From the human T2T-CHM13v2.0 reference genome, Homo sapiens, in NCBI RefSeq assembly GCF_009914755.1, contig NC_060943.1: DNA of 64,000 nucleotides; one strand, 5' to 3'. Positions 11,122 to 25,819 of the stretch are shown here, piece by piece (within the stretch, counting starts at the first letter, position 1; every line of letters begins with the position of its first letter). The translations under genes and the position numbers were made by a program. The notes below the pieces were generated by a model. It worked only from the letters and a program-made list of their open reading frames with translations. It did no database searches and was not told where the DNA came from.

Positions 11122-12859
11122 CTAGTATATTTTTGCATGGGGAACCCTTCCACTGAAGGGTTAAAATAAAAAATATTTTTATATTGGGTTATGGTCCAGT
11201 ATAAAAAATATACTGGACCATATATTTTTTATGCTGGACCATAACCCTTGGACTGAAGGGTTCCAGTTCCAAAAAATAGCTCAGATCCAAAAACCGGGCA
11301 CAGTATTTGGTCATTTTATTGTGGCAATTCCTCAGCCTCCTTAATCAATCATTCTTGATTTCTTTAGAAATCAAGAAAAACTGAGTAGTAGTAATTGAGT
11401 AATACCTGTGTTGGCTGCCTTTAAGGACAATCTTGCTCTATCAACCATCTCCATATCTCTCTGTAGGACAGGCCAACCTGGCTGCCCTGCCACCATGGCT
11501 ACTCATTAAGATAATTGCATCTTCTTGGCTTCTGGTGTTTAAGCATCACCATCTGGACTCTATTGTTTTGAGGAATCCTAACATCCCCATTACTCTCAGT
11601 GAGCCTTATTCTGCAGCGCCTCTCCTAAAGTCTGCCCTGGCCTGCTGAGGCATGCCACCACCAAACTCCTCAGTGACACTGGTGCCTTTGCCACCAGGGC
11701 ATTCCTGGTGGCTTTGGGAAATTGGGAGCCTTCTGGGTCATTCCATGGGACATCATTCTCTGGAGGGTTTATCTGTCTTACATGGTACATGCTCTCAGCA
11801 TGTCCCCCTCTCTAAATTGTTAAATATTTTCTATTCTCACTTTTGCAAAAATACTCACATTTTAACCTTAGTGTGAACTATTCTTTTTTTTTTTCTCCTG
11901 GGGTCTTTCTCAGGCAGACACATATTTTCCATGCCTGGGAGAGTGCTCCAGTATTGAAAAAAAGGTCTCCCTTACCCAACCTTCTCATTTAATCTGGTTC
12001 TCTTGACAACCCCTTTCCGAATGCAAGCCCTGCCATTCTCCTCTAGCTTATGTGGGTACACACTGCCTAGGGTGGGGGTACATTGTCCCATTCTCCCTCT
12101 ATCAGGCCAGCATATTCCCCAGCTGAGTTACTTATGCAAGAGCTCACCAAAATGAGTAGCAAAGCCCAGGGAAGAATCCAGTTCACCTGCATTCCTCGAT
12201 CTTCCTGGTATATCATTGTGCCCTGCAAAAAAATATGCCCTAACCCTATGCATTTGGCATGCCTCTGTTGGTCTGGAAGACAACAGTGGTAATCATATTC
12301 ACCAAAAAATATAGTTAATTCTTCAACGTTCCATCTTCTACGTAAATATAAAAGTGCTCCTGGGTATCTCTAAGGACATAGCTGAACTCATCCAAAAGGC
12401 TTTCAAACCTTATTTCAGAATACTGTTTTTAAAGCATTATTCTCCTCCCACCTACATTTCAAATCAAACCATGCTTACTTTGACAAGGATGCTGTTTTTC
12501 CTTCAAAGAGCCACTCCCCAAAATGTACTTAGAAAGAAGGAAAGAACATCACTGTTGAGTTGTAACACCAGCTTCCCTGGAGAGGATCCCAGAAAAATGC
12601 ACGGATTTTCAGCCTTTATGTAAAAGCCCAGGACTTCCCAATCCTCAGTATGTGAAATATCTCAAACAATTAGTTTGTGAAAGTGCTGTCATGTGTAAGC
12701 GAACAAAAGCCCTAGACATAAGAATGTGCTCATCCTTCTTTCACCCCTGGAGCCTTTGTTGAGCATGTAGTATGCACAGACCCCACATCAGGGACTGTGG
12801 GAAAACAGGAGTGATGCAGCCCTGTGATCCAGCAGGAAAAGAGGGGGTTGTTGGGTCAC

Positions 12860-13030
12860 ATTCCTGAATCTGAATCCCTGCCAAGACTCTCTGAATTGCA
12901 TCTGACAATGTCCAAGCCTTGGTTAATTCTTCTGTAAAATGGAGATGCTTGCCTCAAGGGGTCCTTGTAAGGAGCCAATTAGATCATAAATACAAAGGTA
13001 CTTTCTAAGTAGTGAAGCACTTTCTGTAGG
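12860..13030 (+). mobile_element. MIR relic
   Basis: ctgaatccctgcc...gccttggttaattcttctgtaaaatggagat...aattagatcataaatacaaagg. Confidence 0.5.
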
Positions 13031-13142
13031 TTAACACTGGCTACTGAAAGAAAACCCAGGTTGTGCTTCCAAATAAATGCCTATCTAGAAGAGAAAGTAA
13101 GACATTGAACAATTAAGGAAAATGTACTATAAAAAGTGAGCC

Positions 13143-13680
13143 AGGATAATGGCTTCCAGCTCCATCCATGTCCCTGCAAAGAACATGATCTCGTTTCCTT
13201 TTTATGGCTGCATAGTATTCCATGGTGTATATGTACCACATTTTCTTTATCCAGTCTATCACTGATGGACATTTGGGTTGATTCCATGTCTTTGCTATTG
13301 TGAATAGTGCTGTGATGAACTTACATGTGCATGTATCTTTAAAATTGAATGATTTATATTCCTTTGAGTATATACTCAGTAATGGGATTGCTGGAAACAG
13401 AAAACCAAACACTGCATGTTCTCATCTATAAGCGGGAGCTGAACAATGAGAACACATAGACACAGGGAGGGAAACAACACACACTGGGGCCTGTCAGGGA
13501 AGGGGTGGGGCAGGAGGAGGGAGAGCATCAGGATAAATAGCTAATGCATGCTGGGCTTAATACGTAGGTGATAAGTTGATAGGTGTAGCAAACCACCATG
13601 GTACACATTTACCTATGTAACAAACCTGCACTTCCTGCACATGTATCCCGGAACTTAAAATTAAATCAAATTAAAAAATG
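13143..13680 (+). mobile_element. L1PA 3' end with 5' inversion (13143-13394 antisense, 13395-13680 sense)
   Basis: Antisense aggataatggcttccagc...gggattgctgg joined to sense aacagaaaaccaaacactgcatgttctca...ggaacttaaaa; TSD aaagtga(gc/aa)cagga. Confidence 0.92.
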
Positions 13681-14102
13681 TTTTAAAGTGAAACAGGACC
13701 CAAAGAGAACAAACAGAAGAGCTCTAACTTTGCCCAGAACAAAGGGGGAAGATGTTATGTTAAAGGGGCCCTGCAGCATGATCAGTATTTACATACTGAT
13801 CATGTTACATACATAACAGGCTGTGGGATGTGGGGATAGGACTCAAAAGCTGGGTTTGGCAGGTTTAAGGATGCTATGAAGTTTGGATGTTAATTTGTCT
13901 TTCCCAAACTTCTGTCATTTAGACACTATCCCATTATCTTTGCCAAACCCATGCATTTCCTATCATGTTATCAACTTAATAGCTCCCTTTCAATTTTTAC
14001 ATGAACACACTTGTGCTCATTGCCATATCACAGCAGTAATATCTGTCAATGTACATGTTTAATGTGCTAGGTGAACACTTTTCTAATACACATGAAAATT
14101 AA

Positions 14103-14399
<297 letters not shown>

Positions 14400-14489
14400 A
14401 AAAATTAACTTATAACTATAAAGTGTTCCTTTGTATCCCACTGAAAATCCTATTGTGTTCATCCATGGTAAATGGGCCCCACAGGGCAA

Positions 14490-14730
14490 GGGGAGCCACT
14501 GGGAAGGGTTTGGAGGGAAAGAATGATGTAATTAGCATGTTCTCTTTTCTGGTAGCCCATGTAAAAAATACCAGTTAGGAAGTTATTTCGATTGCACCCA
14601 GGTGTCTTTTCCTGACCTGGGGACAGAGGAGTGGGGATGAGAAGGAGAAGTGAACTCTATAGGGACACTCAGGGCTGGTTCCCTAGAAGGGAAGTGTGGG
14701 GCCAAGGAGATAGGAAGGAGTCCAGAATTT
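14490..14730 (-). mobile_element. L2 relic
   Basis: ggagccactgggaagggttt...accagttaggaagttatt...ccaggtg is typical of reverse L2. Confidence 0.45.
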
Positions 14731-15171
14731 TGAAACCCAGATGCAGAAAGCCCTTGAAGCTCAGGAACTTCCCTCAGTTTTCACTGATTAACTGAAAAGC
14801 GGAAGTTAACATAAATTAAACCTGGAGTAAACATAAACTCTGGGTCACTTCTTTGGAAAATGAAAGTAAATGCATAAAGTTATTTACATCTTTATGTTTA
14901 AAAACTATCTAAGGGAAATTGGCTTCTGAAACACCATGTGTTTTCACTCATCAAAGACCTATTTAGGGACATGACCACATCCGGAAAGCATTTGTAAAGC
15001 ATTAAGATATTACCGAAAAATGGGTTAAGAACAGGACAAACAAGTTACAAAAGGAGAGCTACAACTTGCCAAGAAAATATGAAGAAATACTAAGGCTCAC
15101 CAAAAAAAAACTCTTGTCAAATACAGCAACGTGTTACTATTTTCAACGATCAAATGAGCAACTTTTATGAC

Positions 15172-15550
15172 TGTGTTAGTTATTAGGGCCTTCACCAGCT
15201 ATTTCCAGCTCTCCCTTAAGGACTCACAAAGGACTCCGCCTCCTGGCTCTGTCTGGGTGGATGGGGCCACGTGATTCGTTTTAGACAATGAAGTCTGAGC
15301 GGAAGTGACATTTGTCACTTCTGGGCTAGATGGCTTAGTTGCCAGTTGGAGATGCCCCAGAGCTTTCTTTCCTCCTGCAACAGTGACCAAGCAACATTCC
15401 AGATGGTGGCTGCTCAAGCAGGGGTCCCAAGGTGATGGACGCCTGGAGCAAAGCCCAGCTGATGCAGGATGGACATGGAGTTTGAGTGGAGGGTGAACTT
15501 GGGATGTCACAAGCCACTAAAAATGGGGGTCGTTAATAACCCTACCAACG
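15172..15550 (+). mobile_element. MLT1I/J-like MaLR LTR
   Basis: ggggccacgtga...gaagtgacatttgtcacttctgggc...cattccagatggtggctgctc...gatggacatg...aagccact. Confidence 0.75.
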
Positions 15551-15757
15551 GATTCAATGGCAGGGGTCAATGCTGGCAAGGGGAAAATACAACAGGAATG
15601 GAATGCACATTCCTCTAACTCATGTTAAAAATGGTTACCCCCTTTGACCCAAAAATTCCACTTATGGGGATCAATCCAAAAATGTAAAAATGCAAACAAA
15701 ATATGGAAAAAGCTTTATGGTGAAGGGATAGACTAATGACCAAAAGCATGGCCTTTA

Positions 15758-16280
<523 letters not shown>

Positions 16281-16291
16281 TGTGACTAGTA

Positions 16292-16292
<1 letters not shown>

Positions 16293-16327
<35 letters not shown>
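16293..16327. repeat. (CA)n microsatellite
   Basis: Directly visible. Confidence 0.98.
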
Positions 16328-16330
<3 letters not shown>

Positions 16331-16649
16331 CACATCTCAATGTTACTTTCTTAGTCCAACAAGAGAAAACTTGGATGCAACCCAGTAAGCCACAAAAAGG
16401 ACTAATAAGGGATAGTAAACCCACGAGATGGAAAATGTTTATGTGATAATACTAATTTTAAAATCATAAGACAAAATTGATTACACAATATAATCACAAT
16501 TATGGAAAAATAATGAATAGAAACATAATGAGCAGAAATATATCAAGATCATAATGAGTTGTGTTTGAAACATAAAATTATTGTTTTTTTTCTACTTCTC
16601 TGTTTTCCAAATTTCTTAAAGTGAGGCACATGTGTGGACCCTGAAAGGA

Positions 16650-16850
16650 GACTTCTCTAGTTTTGAAGCCTAGGCCTCCCACCTCTCAGCTGTGTGACCC
16701 TGGGCAACTTACATAAGTTCTCTGGACAGGGTTCCCCACTTGCGAAATGGAAATCACAATGTTGTTTCAGTAATGAATTAGATAATCCCTGTAAAGTTAT
16801 AAGTATAACGCCTGGAACAGAGTAAGCAGTCAATAATTATTATCTATTTT
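16650..16850 (+). mobile_element. MIR
   Basis: agctgtgtgaccctgggcaacttac...gcctggaacagagtaagcagtcaataa. Confidence 0.7.
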
Positions 16851-17699
16851 TGTTGCCATTATCATTGTATGTTCCTTTTGTAATGTGGGAAAGAACGGTA
16901 TTTCACAATCTATGATAAAGCTTTTAATAACAGAAGGTTGTCTGTAGCAAATACAATGCTCTTCACTTGGGAAGTTCACAGTCCAGGAAAGATAACAAGG
17001 CAAAAGACAAGCAGTTCAGGGCTACAGAGAAAAGCAGAAAGCACTCACCCCCAGGTCGGGACAAAAGAGATGGCCTAAATGCTGTCCCAAGAAAGGCACT
17101 TGGCTTGGAGCCTCCACATCCCCAAGGTCAGGGCCATCTTGTCGGGACGCATGCAGAACTCTCTCACTGACAGCTGCCCCTGCAGCAGCTGGCTCACCCC
17201 CATGATAGATGAGAATTACAGCCATTTTCAAGAGACCAACAGAAGGTGGGCCGTGTCCTGATAAGCTATAACAACAGTAGTAAAGTTCTAAGGAGACCAG
17301 AGGGTCCCCACAACCACACACTTCCTGCAGCTGTGGCTGCTGTAATTATGGCCGTGACAGCTGGGCAGCCGGGGGACATGACTGGAGTAGACTAAGGCAT
17401 GGGCATATGGCACTGCTGGTGGGCAAGGCCAGCCCACCCCTCCCTCAACCAGTGCCCAAGTTCAGCTGCATCCTCGAGCCTGACTGTCAGGATGCCATGA
17501 AATAGGTCCCCAGCGCACCCAGTGGGCAGGTGCAAGAGAAGGAAGAGCTGGAGTGCATCTTTCTGGTGCCCAGGCTTTACTGGTGCCCAGGGCCAGACAC
17601 ACAGTGGGCGCTCCACCCTTGCCAGCACTGTCTGGAATGGCAGAAACACATTCCAGAGCTCAATGCTGCTGGCAATGTGTTTGAACTCCCCAGCCTTCC

Positions 17700-18400
17700 A
17701 CGGGAGGCCCATGCTAACAGAACACCCTCTAGTCACTCCTCCGAGGACTTGTTGGCTGGTTCCTCCTCTCTGAAAACCACCCGGAATCATCTGTCCTCAG
17801 ACAGAATTAATCAGTCACCTCTCCTCTCCTATGGCTGAGTCTTCAGTGCACATCTATCTAAGACCATCCCTTGAATCCATAACCACATATCTGTCTCCCC
17901 TCTAAGCTTCTTCCAAAGAGAGGCTGTGTCCTTCTCATTTTATGTTCAATCATTAAAGAACGATTCATGATTAATGAATCATTTGTTCAATAAATAGAGC
18001 ATGAACCATACAAGATAGACACGCCATCCTGGGACCAAGAGTCCAACTAAATAAGAAATTACAAAGTAAAACTTTGGGATTATAATAGACCATGTTAAGG
18101 TGCATTACATGTGGCAATGAGACCTAATCAAGTCTTAAGAAACCAAGGAAGTCTTCCTGCAGGAAGCCTGAATAGGTGTTAAAGAAGTTCATGAAAATTA
18201 ATTGTGGAGAGGGGGTGATGATGGAGGAAGACCCAGAGAGCTGCAGGAGAGACAAGCCTGGGTGAACTGTGGGGGCCTTTGCAGGACTGTTAAAGGCCAT
18301 AGGAAGTCACATTGATGGCTTTAAGCCAGGAAATGGCATGATCGGGTCTGCAATTTATAAAGAGCAGTCTGGTTTTCTTTGGAGGGGAAAAAATGGGGCA
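17700..18400. mobile_element. Tail-to-tail L2 relics (plus to ~17970, then minus)
   Basis: tctgtctcccctct...gctgtgtccttctcatttt, then tcatttgttcaataaat...ggctttaagccaggaaatggcatgatc. Confidence 0.45.
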
Positions 18401-21400
18401 AAGTAGCAATAACAGGCTAGGTGTGTCGCATCTTAGCACAAGGCCTGGAACATAATCACTACCTTCTGTTTGTTGGCCTGAACTAAAGGAGGTGGAAACA
18501 GAATGGACAGGTGCCCAGGTGGCACATTTCAGGGTTTTACTCACCCTATTATCCAACATGCATCAGGTCAACCCCACAGGCCCCTGTCTTGGGAGCCTCA
18601 ACCCCACCCTGAACAGCCTTTGAAGATAATCCATTTCCTTCAAATATCTCCGTGTGCACCTTCCTTGCCCTCTAAGATAGCAACACCTACCTGCAGACGT
18701 GAATGTGCTGAGCTCCACACCCTCCATCCAGAAGGGGATCACCGGGATGGCAGGGAAGGAGTGCTGCCAGGAAGTTTTCCAACTCCAGTTTCTAGGTCTG
18801 TATTTAATTCCGGATCTATCAGCTAAGCATTTAGGGTGCTGCCACTGAAGCTCTGTGTTTACACAGCTAAATGCCTCTGCTCCTATTGACACAATGTCGA
18901 TGAAGAGGGATGCGTCAGGCTCCGCCACCACCAAGCACGTCATGTGTCCCAGATTGATGAAGCTTCCTGACCCACTCCAGCCCCAGCAGCTGCATGGCTC
19001 CTGCCACTCAGCCCAGCAAGCTGTTCTCCATCATCTCCATTAATTAAGGACTGTCATAGCAGGGAGGTGAGACAGCAAATCCTAAATACTTGCCTCAAGT
19101 CTCAGCTTCCAAATTCCCAGGAGTCTTACCCTGAAAACAGAAAAGTCAGATTTAACAGTGGGGTTTTTATCTTTCCGTTTACAAAATTACTACCAGCTCA
19201 TTATAGCAAATGCTAAGAAATGCACAAACACAAACATACCCAGAAGAAAATAATAATCACTCATGATCCCCCCATTCAGAGGTAAATGCTGATAGCTTTT
19301 AAATTCTTACATATATTTCTTCCATGCATATATACACATGTTTAATCCTGATATTCAGGGACTAAGTTCATGTCAGTAAATTGTTTCCTACAACATTATT
19401 GTTAATCGCTACGTAGTTTTCTGCCTTGTGACTGTCCTGTACTTCAACCAATCTTCTATTGCACTCAATGTCGTGCTATTATAATCAATACAGTAATGAA
19501 CATCCTGGAAATAAATCCTTAGAGAAGAGTTCATTAGACTTCATTAGAATAAATATATGATGGAAAAATAACCTACCAAAAGAAATTTGCTTTTTTAATA
19601 CTTTGGCTGTGCATTGTAAAATCAATCACACTTTAGAAATGTATCAATTTATTCCTCCACCAACAGAATAACCCCTACAACACAACTGCATATGCAACTA
19701 ACATAGCAACAGCAACTGTATAGTAATCCTGATCACTATCCTGTTACAAAGAGTTAATGCTTACCTAGAACTCTCTATGCTCCTGGTACTGAGCAAAATA
19801 CATTAAATATATTGTTCCTTTTCATGTTAGCTTTTTACTTTCTAGTGAGGGTGAACTTTTTTCCCTTACATTCATTGGCCACTGTGATTCTTTGTTATAA
19901 AATTTCCTGCAATTTTCTTGGCCTATTTTTTAGTGTGTTTGTCATTTAATTATTGGTTTGAAAGCAGTCTGATTTAATAAGGATGCTATACACTTGTGTT
20001 GCAAAAATGCTTTCCCCCAGGTTGTGGTTTAACATTTAGTTTTGTTTATGATCATGTTGACATAAAGAATTTTGTCATTTTGGAGTAGTCAAATGTGTTG
20101 GTCTCTTATTTTACAGATTACGCCTTTACATACACTCTGAGTACTTGCATACCACAACATCAGATAAATATTCATGTGTTTTCCTTAAAATCTTTCTATG
20201 GCTTCAAATTTTATATTAAATATTTTATCAATCTGAAATTTGTTAGTGTACGTGGTGCTGTAAAGATCTATTTTTTTTCCACACGGTCAGCAAATTGACC
20301 TAATTTGACTTACTGAATTCCTCATCTTTTCCCCACTGATTTGAAATGCCACATTTATCTTATATGAAATTCATATTTACATGGGCCTGCTTCAGCTCTC
20401 CTCGTACTGTTCCATTGATTTATCTGTCTATTCCTGCAATTAAACCAGACTATTTAAATATATACGAAGCTACAAGGACGTCACTGCACATTGCTTACCC
20501 AGTAGTGCAAGTTCCTCCTCACCCTTCTACTTTTTCAAAACATTCTCAGCAATTCTAAAGTGCCAGATGAATGTCAGAATCATTTTATAAAGCACCACCC
20601 CTCCAAAGTCCCACTGATATTTTCATTTGGATCCCATTAAACGTCTAGATCATGTAGAGCGAATCGGTAACTTTATGTTATTTTAATTTTAATTCAATAA
20701 CATGGCATATTTTAAATTCATATTCCTTATTTTAATTTCATCACATTTCTACATATTTCTTGTAAACTTTTCCCTAGATATTTTATTGTTTTGTTGCTAA
20801 TGTAAATGGCACTTTAAAAATCATCATACCATTGGTGTAAAGAAAAACTAACTTTTTACTTATGTGATTATGTTGACAAAACTTTATCTTTAAACTTGCT
20901 TGATAGTGTAGTAATTTTTCAGTTTGTTCCCTTGAGTTCTCCAGGTAGACAATTCTCCTTCATCCAAGTGTCAGTAACCGTATAATCAACTACTTTCAAA
21001 CAGTAAATCCTCTATTTTGTAGTCTTGGTTTATTCAATTGGTCAGAATTTTTAAACTGTGTTAAATATGGCATGGATAGTAAGAATTCTGTCATATGTAA
21101 ATAGAAACGCCTCTAGTTTTCCATTCTAAAATATAATTAAGCTGTTGACTTGGGGGTGAGAGCCTCTTTCTTGATAAAGAAGGTTCAATTTCTATCATAC
21201 TAATATTGTTTTAGATTTTGTTTCTTGGGAATGAGTGTTGAATTTTATTATAAGCCATTTCAGTAGGAGATGTGTTTAAATCTTCTCTCTTGACATACTA
21301 ATATATTTAAATATATTATTATACTTATAATTAGCATTATTATATTATAATTAGTATTATAATTAGTATTATAATTAGTATTATTATATTATGATTACAA

Positions 21401-21694
21401 TTAGTTTTATATTATAATTAGTATATTATCAAATATACCAATATATTTAAACATATTGGTACATTTCCTAATATTAAATTATTCTTGAATTACTTAATGG
21501 AAAAAAACTGAACCAGAAGATATTGTTCTTTTATTCCACTGTCAGATAGTTTTCACGTATTATTTAGCATTTTCACAATTTCACATAGTATTCACATTTT
21601 CACATAGTATTTTCACAGTTTCCTTTTTTGAACTATCTTCGTCCAGCTTTAATATTAGAGTCACCACTTCATAAAATGAATTAACTAGTGTTTT

Positions 21695-22177
21695 TGATGC
21701 AGGTCAGGTGAGCCCCAAAGTGAGACTTAGCCTGCGAGGGTTCTTGGCTTTGCCCAGAAAAGAATTCAAGGGCAAGCCGGTGCTAGGGTAGAAGAAAGCA
21801 ACTTTACTGAAGCAGCGGTGTTAGAGCTCCGTGACTGCCCCTGCAGAGCAGGGCTTCCCCACAGGCAGTATGCTGAGAGCAGCAGCTCAGGACAGTTCCG
21901 CAGTCAGATTTCTATCTACTCTTAATTACAGATAGAGTAAGGGGCAGTTAATGAGGAAATTTCTAGGAAAAGGGTAGTAGCTTTTGGGTAATTGGATCAT
22001 TGCCACGGAAAGAGGTAGTAATTCCTGGTGTTGCCATGGCAATGGTAAACTGACATGGTGCACTAGTGGGAGTGTCTTATGGAAAGATGCTTCCACATTT
22101 CCTCTGTTTTAGCTAGTCCTCAATTTGGTCCAGTGTCCAAGCCCCACCTATGGAGCTGAGTCTCACCTCCTACCTTA
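21695..22177 (-). mobile_element. MER66-like ERV1 solo LTR
   Basis: tgatgcaggtcaggtgagccccaaa...gaaaagaattcaagggc...ctgttttagctagtcctcaatttggtcc...cctcctacctta; tttt flanks. Confidence 0.8.
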
Positions 22178-22565
22178 TTTTTAGGGGTATCTATGCTCCG
22201 AAACTATTTGTATAAAAAAATACATTTCCCATAAAAGCATCTGTGGTTTCTTTTGTTGTTGTGGAAAGTAAACTTTTGATAACTTTGAACAGTTCTCTCT
22301 TAGTTACTTATTTGTTCGAGAGTTTCATAGTCTTGAGTTTCCTTAAAATTTTCTAATATTTATTGTAAAAATAATATTAAAATGGGATTTGATTATTTAC
22401 TCTCATTTTTCTTATAATTTTATGTTTGAGGGGAATTTTATCCTCATTTCCTGGATAAATATATTAGAAATTTACTTATATTTTAAAGACACAGAACTTA
22501 GATTTATTTGTTGATCCTATTTATTTTTGTTTTGAAAATAATTTATTTCATTGTGGTTAATTTAA

Positions 22566-22854
22566 TTTTTTTTTTTTTTAGAAAGAGTCTCACTCTGTCA
22601 TCCAGGCTGAAGTGCAGTGGCACGATCTCCACTCACTGCAAACTCCTCCTCCCAGGTTCAAGCAATTCTGCTTCAGCCTCCCAAGCTGGGTATAAAGGCA
22701 TGCACCACCATGTCAGGCTAATTTTTGTATTTTTAGTAGAGATGGGGTTTTGCCATGTTGGCCAGTCTGGTCTCGAACTCCTGACCTCAGGTGATCTGCC
22801 CACCTCGGCCTCCCAAAGTGCTGGGATTACAGATGTGAGCAACCGCGCCCAGCC
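22566..22854 (-). mobile_element. Alu (AluSx-like)
   Basis: Reverse Alu; TSD gttaatttaa. Confidence 0.96.
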
Positions 22855-23712
22855 AGTTAATTTAAGGACAAAGGATTCATAACGTAGCAGTGTTGACTTG
22901 TGGTCTGTCCTTATCTTCCTCAATATATACATATATACAAAAGCTTTTACATACATAACATATAGTATTATATATATATATATGTTTATGTACATATATA
23001 TCATACATGTGAAAGGTCTTAAATTTGAAATGCGTTAAATATTGTGTATTAAATGTTTAATACATATTAAGGCTTACACATTAAAGCTTTTAACTTTTTA
23101 ATTCCTTTCCCTTTCTTTTGTACTCTTTATTTGCAATTTCCTTCCTGGTATTTATTTACATAATTGCGTTTATCACCTAATTCCTTTACATTTACACTTT
23201 TAGATTGAATAATGGAAGTAGACTATGAATTTTCCTATGTTCAGCTTTGACAGCATCCTATGAGTTTTGCTTCTTCGTGCCTCTTTGTCAGTATTTTCCA
23301 TTGTTTACTATGATTGTGATCCACAGTCACAAAAAAAGTTAGAAAGAGAAGTTTTAAACCATCAAAATTATATCACCAACATTTTCTATTTTAATTATTT
23401 GTTTTTCTAGATAAACTTATGAATGTATGTTGTTCATAAATTCAGTGTAGAAATACATAGACAAAATTAGTAGATCATAAAATAATGATCACATAAATAA
23501 TGATTTCTATGGCAAATGACACCATGAACCAAGTTTTAAAAACAACAAATTATGAAATTTTACAACCTATGACAAAGATATTTCATTTCAATCAATAAGA
23601 AAAAATAACTAAATCTGCAAAAATATACACAGAATATAAACAGACCACTGGTCAATATCACTAAACCTGTGCTTTTAAACACAAAATAAAGGAAACGGAG
23701 GACTAACGATGA

Positions 23713-24060
<348 letters not shown>

Positions 24061-25375
24061 ATGTTGTCTTTTTACTTATTGATTAAAAAAAACTTTATTT
24101 GTGATATTAATGCTTTATTGTTTATTTTGAAAAGTCTTTTTCATGATTTGTCATTTACATTTTAATATTAAGAACAATTTGCTATGTATTTCTTAAAAAA
24201 TTAGTCAAATCTGCGGGTCTCACCTGTAGCAAACACATACTGAGTGTTTAATATTAATACTTATGTACTAAGCCCACAAGATTTAGCTCAGCATAGGTTT
24301 CACTCAATTACTGTAGCCAAAGACACTCAAACTCCAGCAGCTTCTCGAAAATTCTGTTTGTTCATTAACGCACATTGACTCTAATGTGGAGTCAAGCAAA
24401 TAAGTCTTTTTAATAAGAATCATCACAATTCATCAGTCATTATTTACTTAGAGTTTCAAAATCAATTTTGCAATTTCTATCACATATATTAAGCACATGC
24501 CATCAATTTTTTAAAAATTTTTTCTTTTCGTGTCATCAATTTTTATCTTAAAACAATACATAGTAGTGTCATAAGAATTACATGTTCTTCTGAGGACAGG
24601 CCTCTTAAAAAAAAAACTGCCTATCCCTCTTAAATGTTATATTTAAATCCGAAGAATGCAAGGATATGATTGTTGGATTTATTAAGTGCAGTACTTGAAA
24701 AATATGAAATTTCCAATCACACTTAAAATGAAGTATGTGAATAAATAAAATGTGTTAATTTGTATTAACATTTTTAGGTCTGCGGAAATGGCATTGAATA
24801 TGTTACACCTGCTATAGCTAGGACACCAAGTTTCTTATACACTCAGCTCATTTACATCTTTCCAAAACAATAGCTAACATTGAGCTTAATGGCAAAAAAA
24901 TCAAAACATTTGTAATAAAATGAGTAAGAAAACATAGGTGTCATCTTTCACTACCATTATTTAACATTTCACAAAATGTTAAAAGCTTCTCCTAATTTTT
25001 TCTGTAAAATAGATATAGATGTATCTTTCCCTAACTTGATTAACAAATATTCCTCTCTCAAATTGACAGCACCAGGTGAGGCACTAAAGAAATTCTTTAA
25101 AATCGGTAATATAATAAGTATGTGCTCAATCTTTGCATTCAATTTCATGGATCTCATTGTGTATTTAAGGAGAAAGTACCACATTAGTTTGATTCTAGTT
25201 GCTTAATAATATACTTTGTTAAATATCTCAATATAATACATTTACTTCCCTCCACTCCCATCCTCATTACTCTTTATTCAGAGCATTAGTTCTACTCTTC
25301 CACTTTTACTTTTCCAGATAAACTTTAAGATTATTTTATCAATTTCAAAAAGTCAGTAAGGAGAGAAGAGATTGA

Positions 25376-25714
<339 letters not shown>

Positions 25715-25819
25715 TAGGGGAGTTGCAGTCCCTTGCCTCCTTGCCTAGCACAACATCCTCATTGTTCTCCAGGCTCTTCCCCTAGTTGGTCTTTCCTTGT
25801 AGTCTCTATCAATACATGA

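Larger units (their letters stand above)
5946..12250 (-). mobile_element. Decayed ERVL internal region (gag-pro-pol, ERV3-16A3/ERVL-like), non-coding relic
   Basis: Minus-strand remnants: gag (11596-11790 YHVRQINPPENDVPWNDPEGSQFPKATRNALVAKAPVSLRS ~ ERVL WEGPEDTPFTKAIRNALVRGAPASLKS), protease (~9950 and 10635-10830), RT (8830-9800), RNase H (7864-8058 KICVLCINVQQR...LNDHVDKLT ~ KIFVSHVNAHQR...FNNQVDRMT), integrase (7334-7800 and 6250-6388 ILQDAKNTL). Many stops and frameshifts. Confidence 0.85.
19160..23400 (-). mobile_element. Old L1M (ME-type) fragments hosting MER66 and an Alu
   Basis: T-rich decayed reverse L1: tttccccactgatttgaaatgccac, tgttccattgatttatctgtctattcc, gaatgagtgttgaattttat, cttcataaaatgaatt. 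Confidence 0.7.

Noticed and set aside
10848-11169. YI/CV-rich ORFs here and at 32014-32326 and 34976-35400
   Set aside because: Translations of TA/TG microsatellites.
21300-21461. AT-rich (ataattagtatt)n array and a 26-bp quasi-palindrome at 21436-21461
   Set aside because: Low-complexity expansion within an old L1; palindromes are expected at this composition.
24230-25210. AT-rich block with a ttttag acceptor-like site near 24778; possible exon or ancient DNA transposon
   Set aside because: No convincing donor, reading frame or TIR; I could not assign it.
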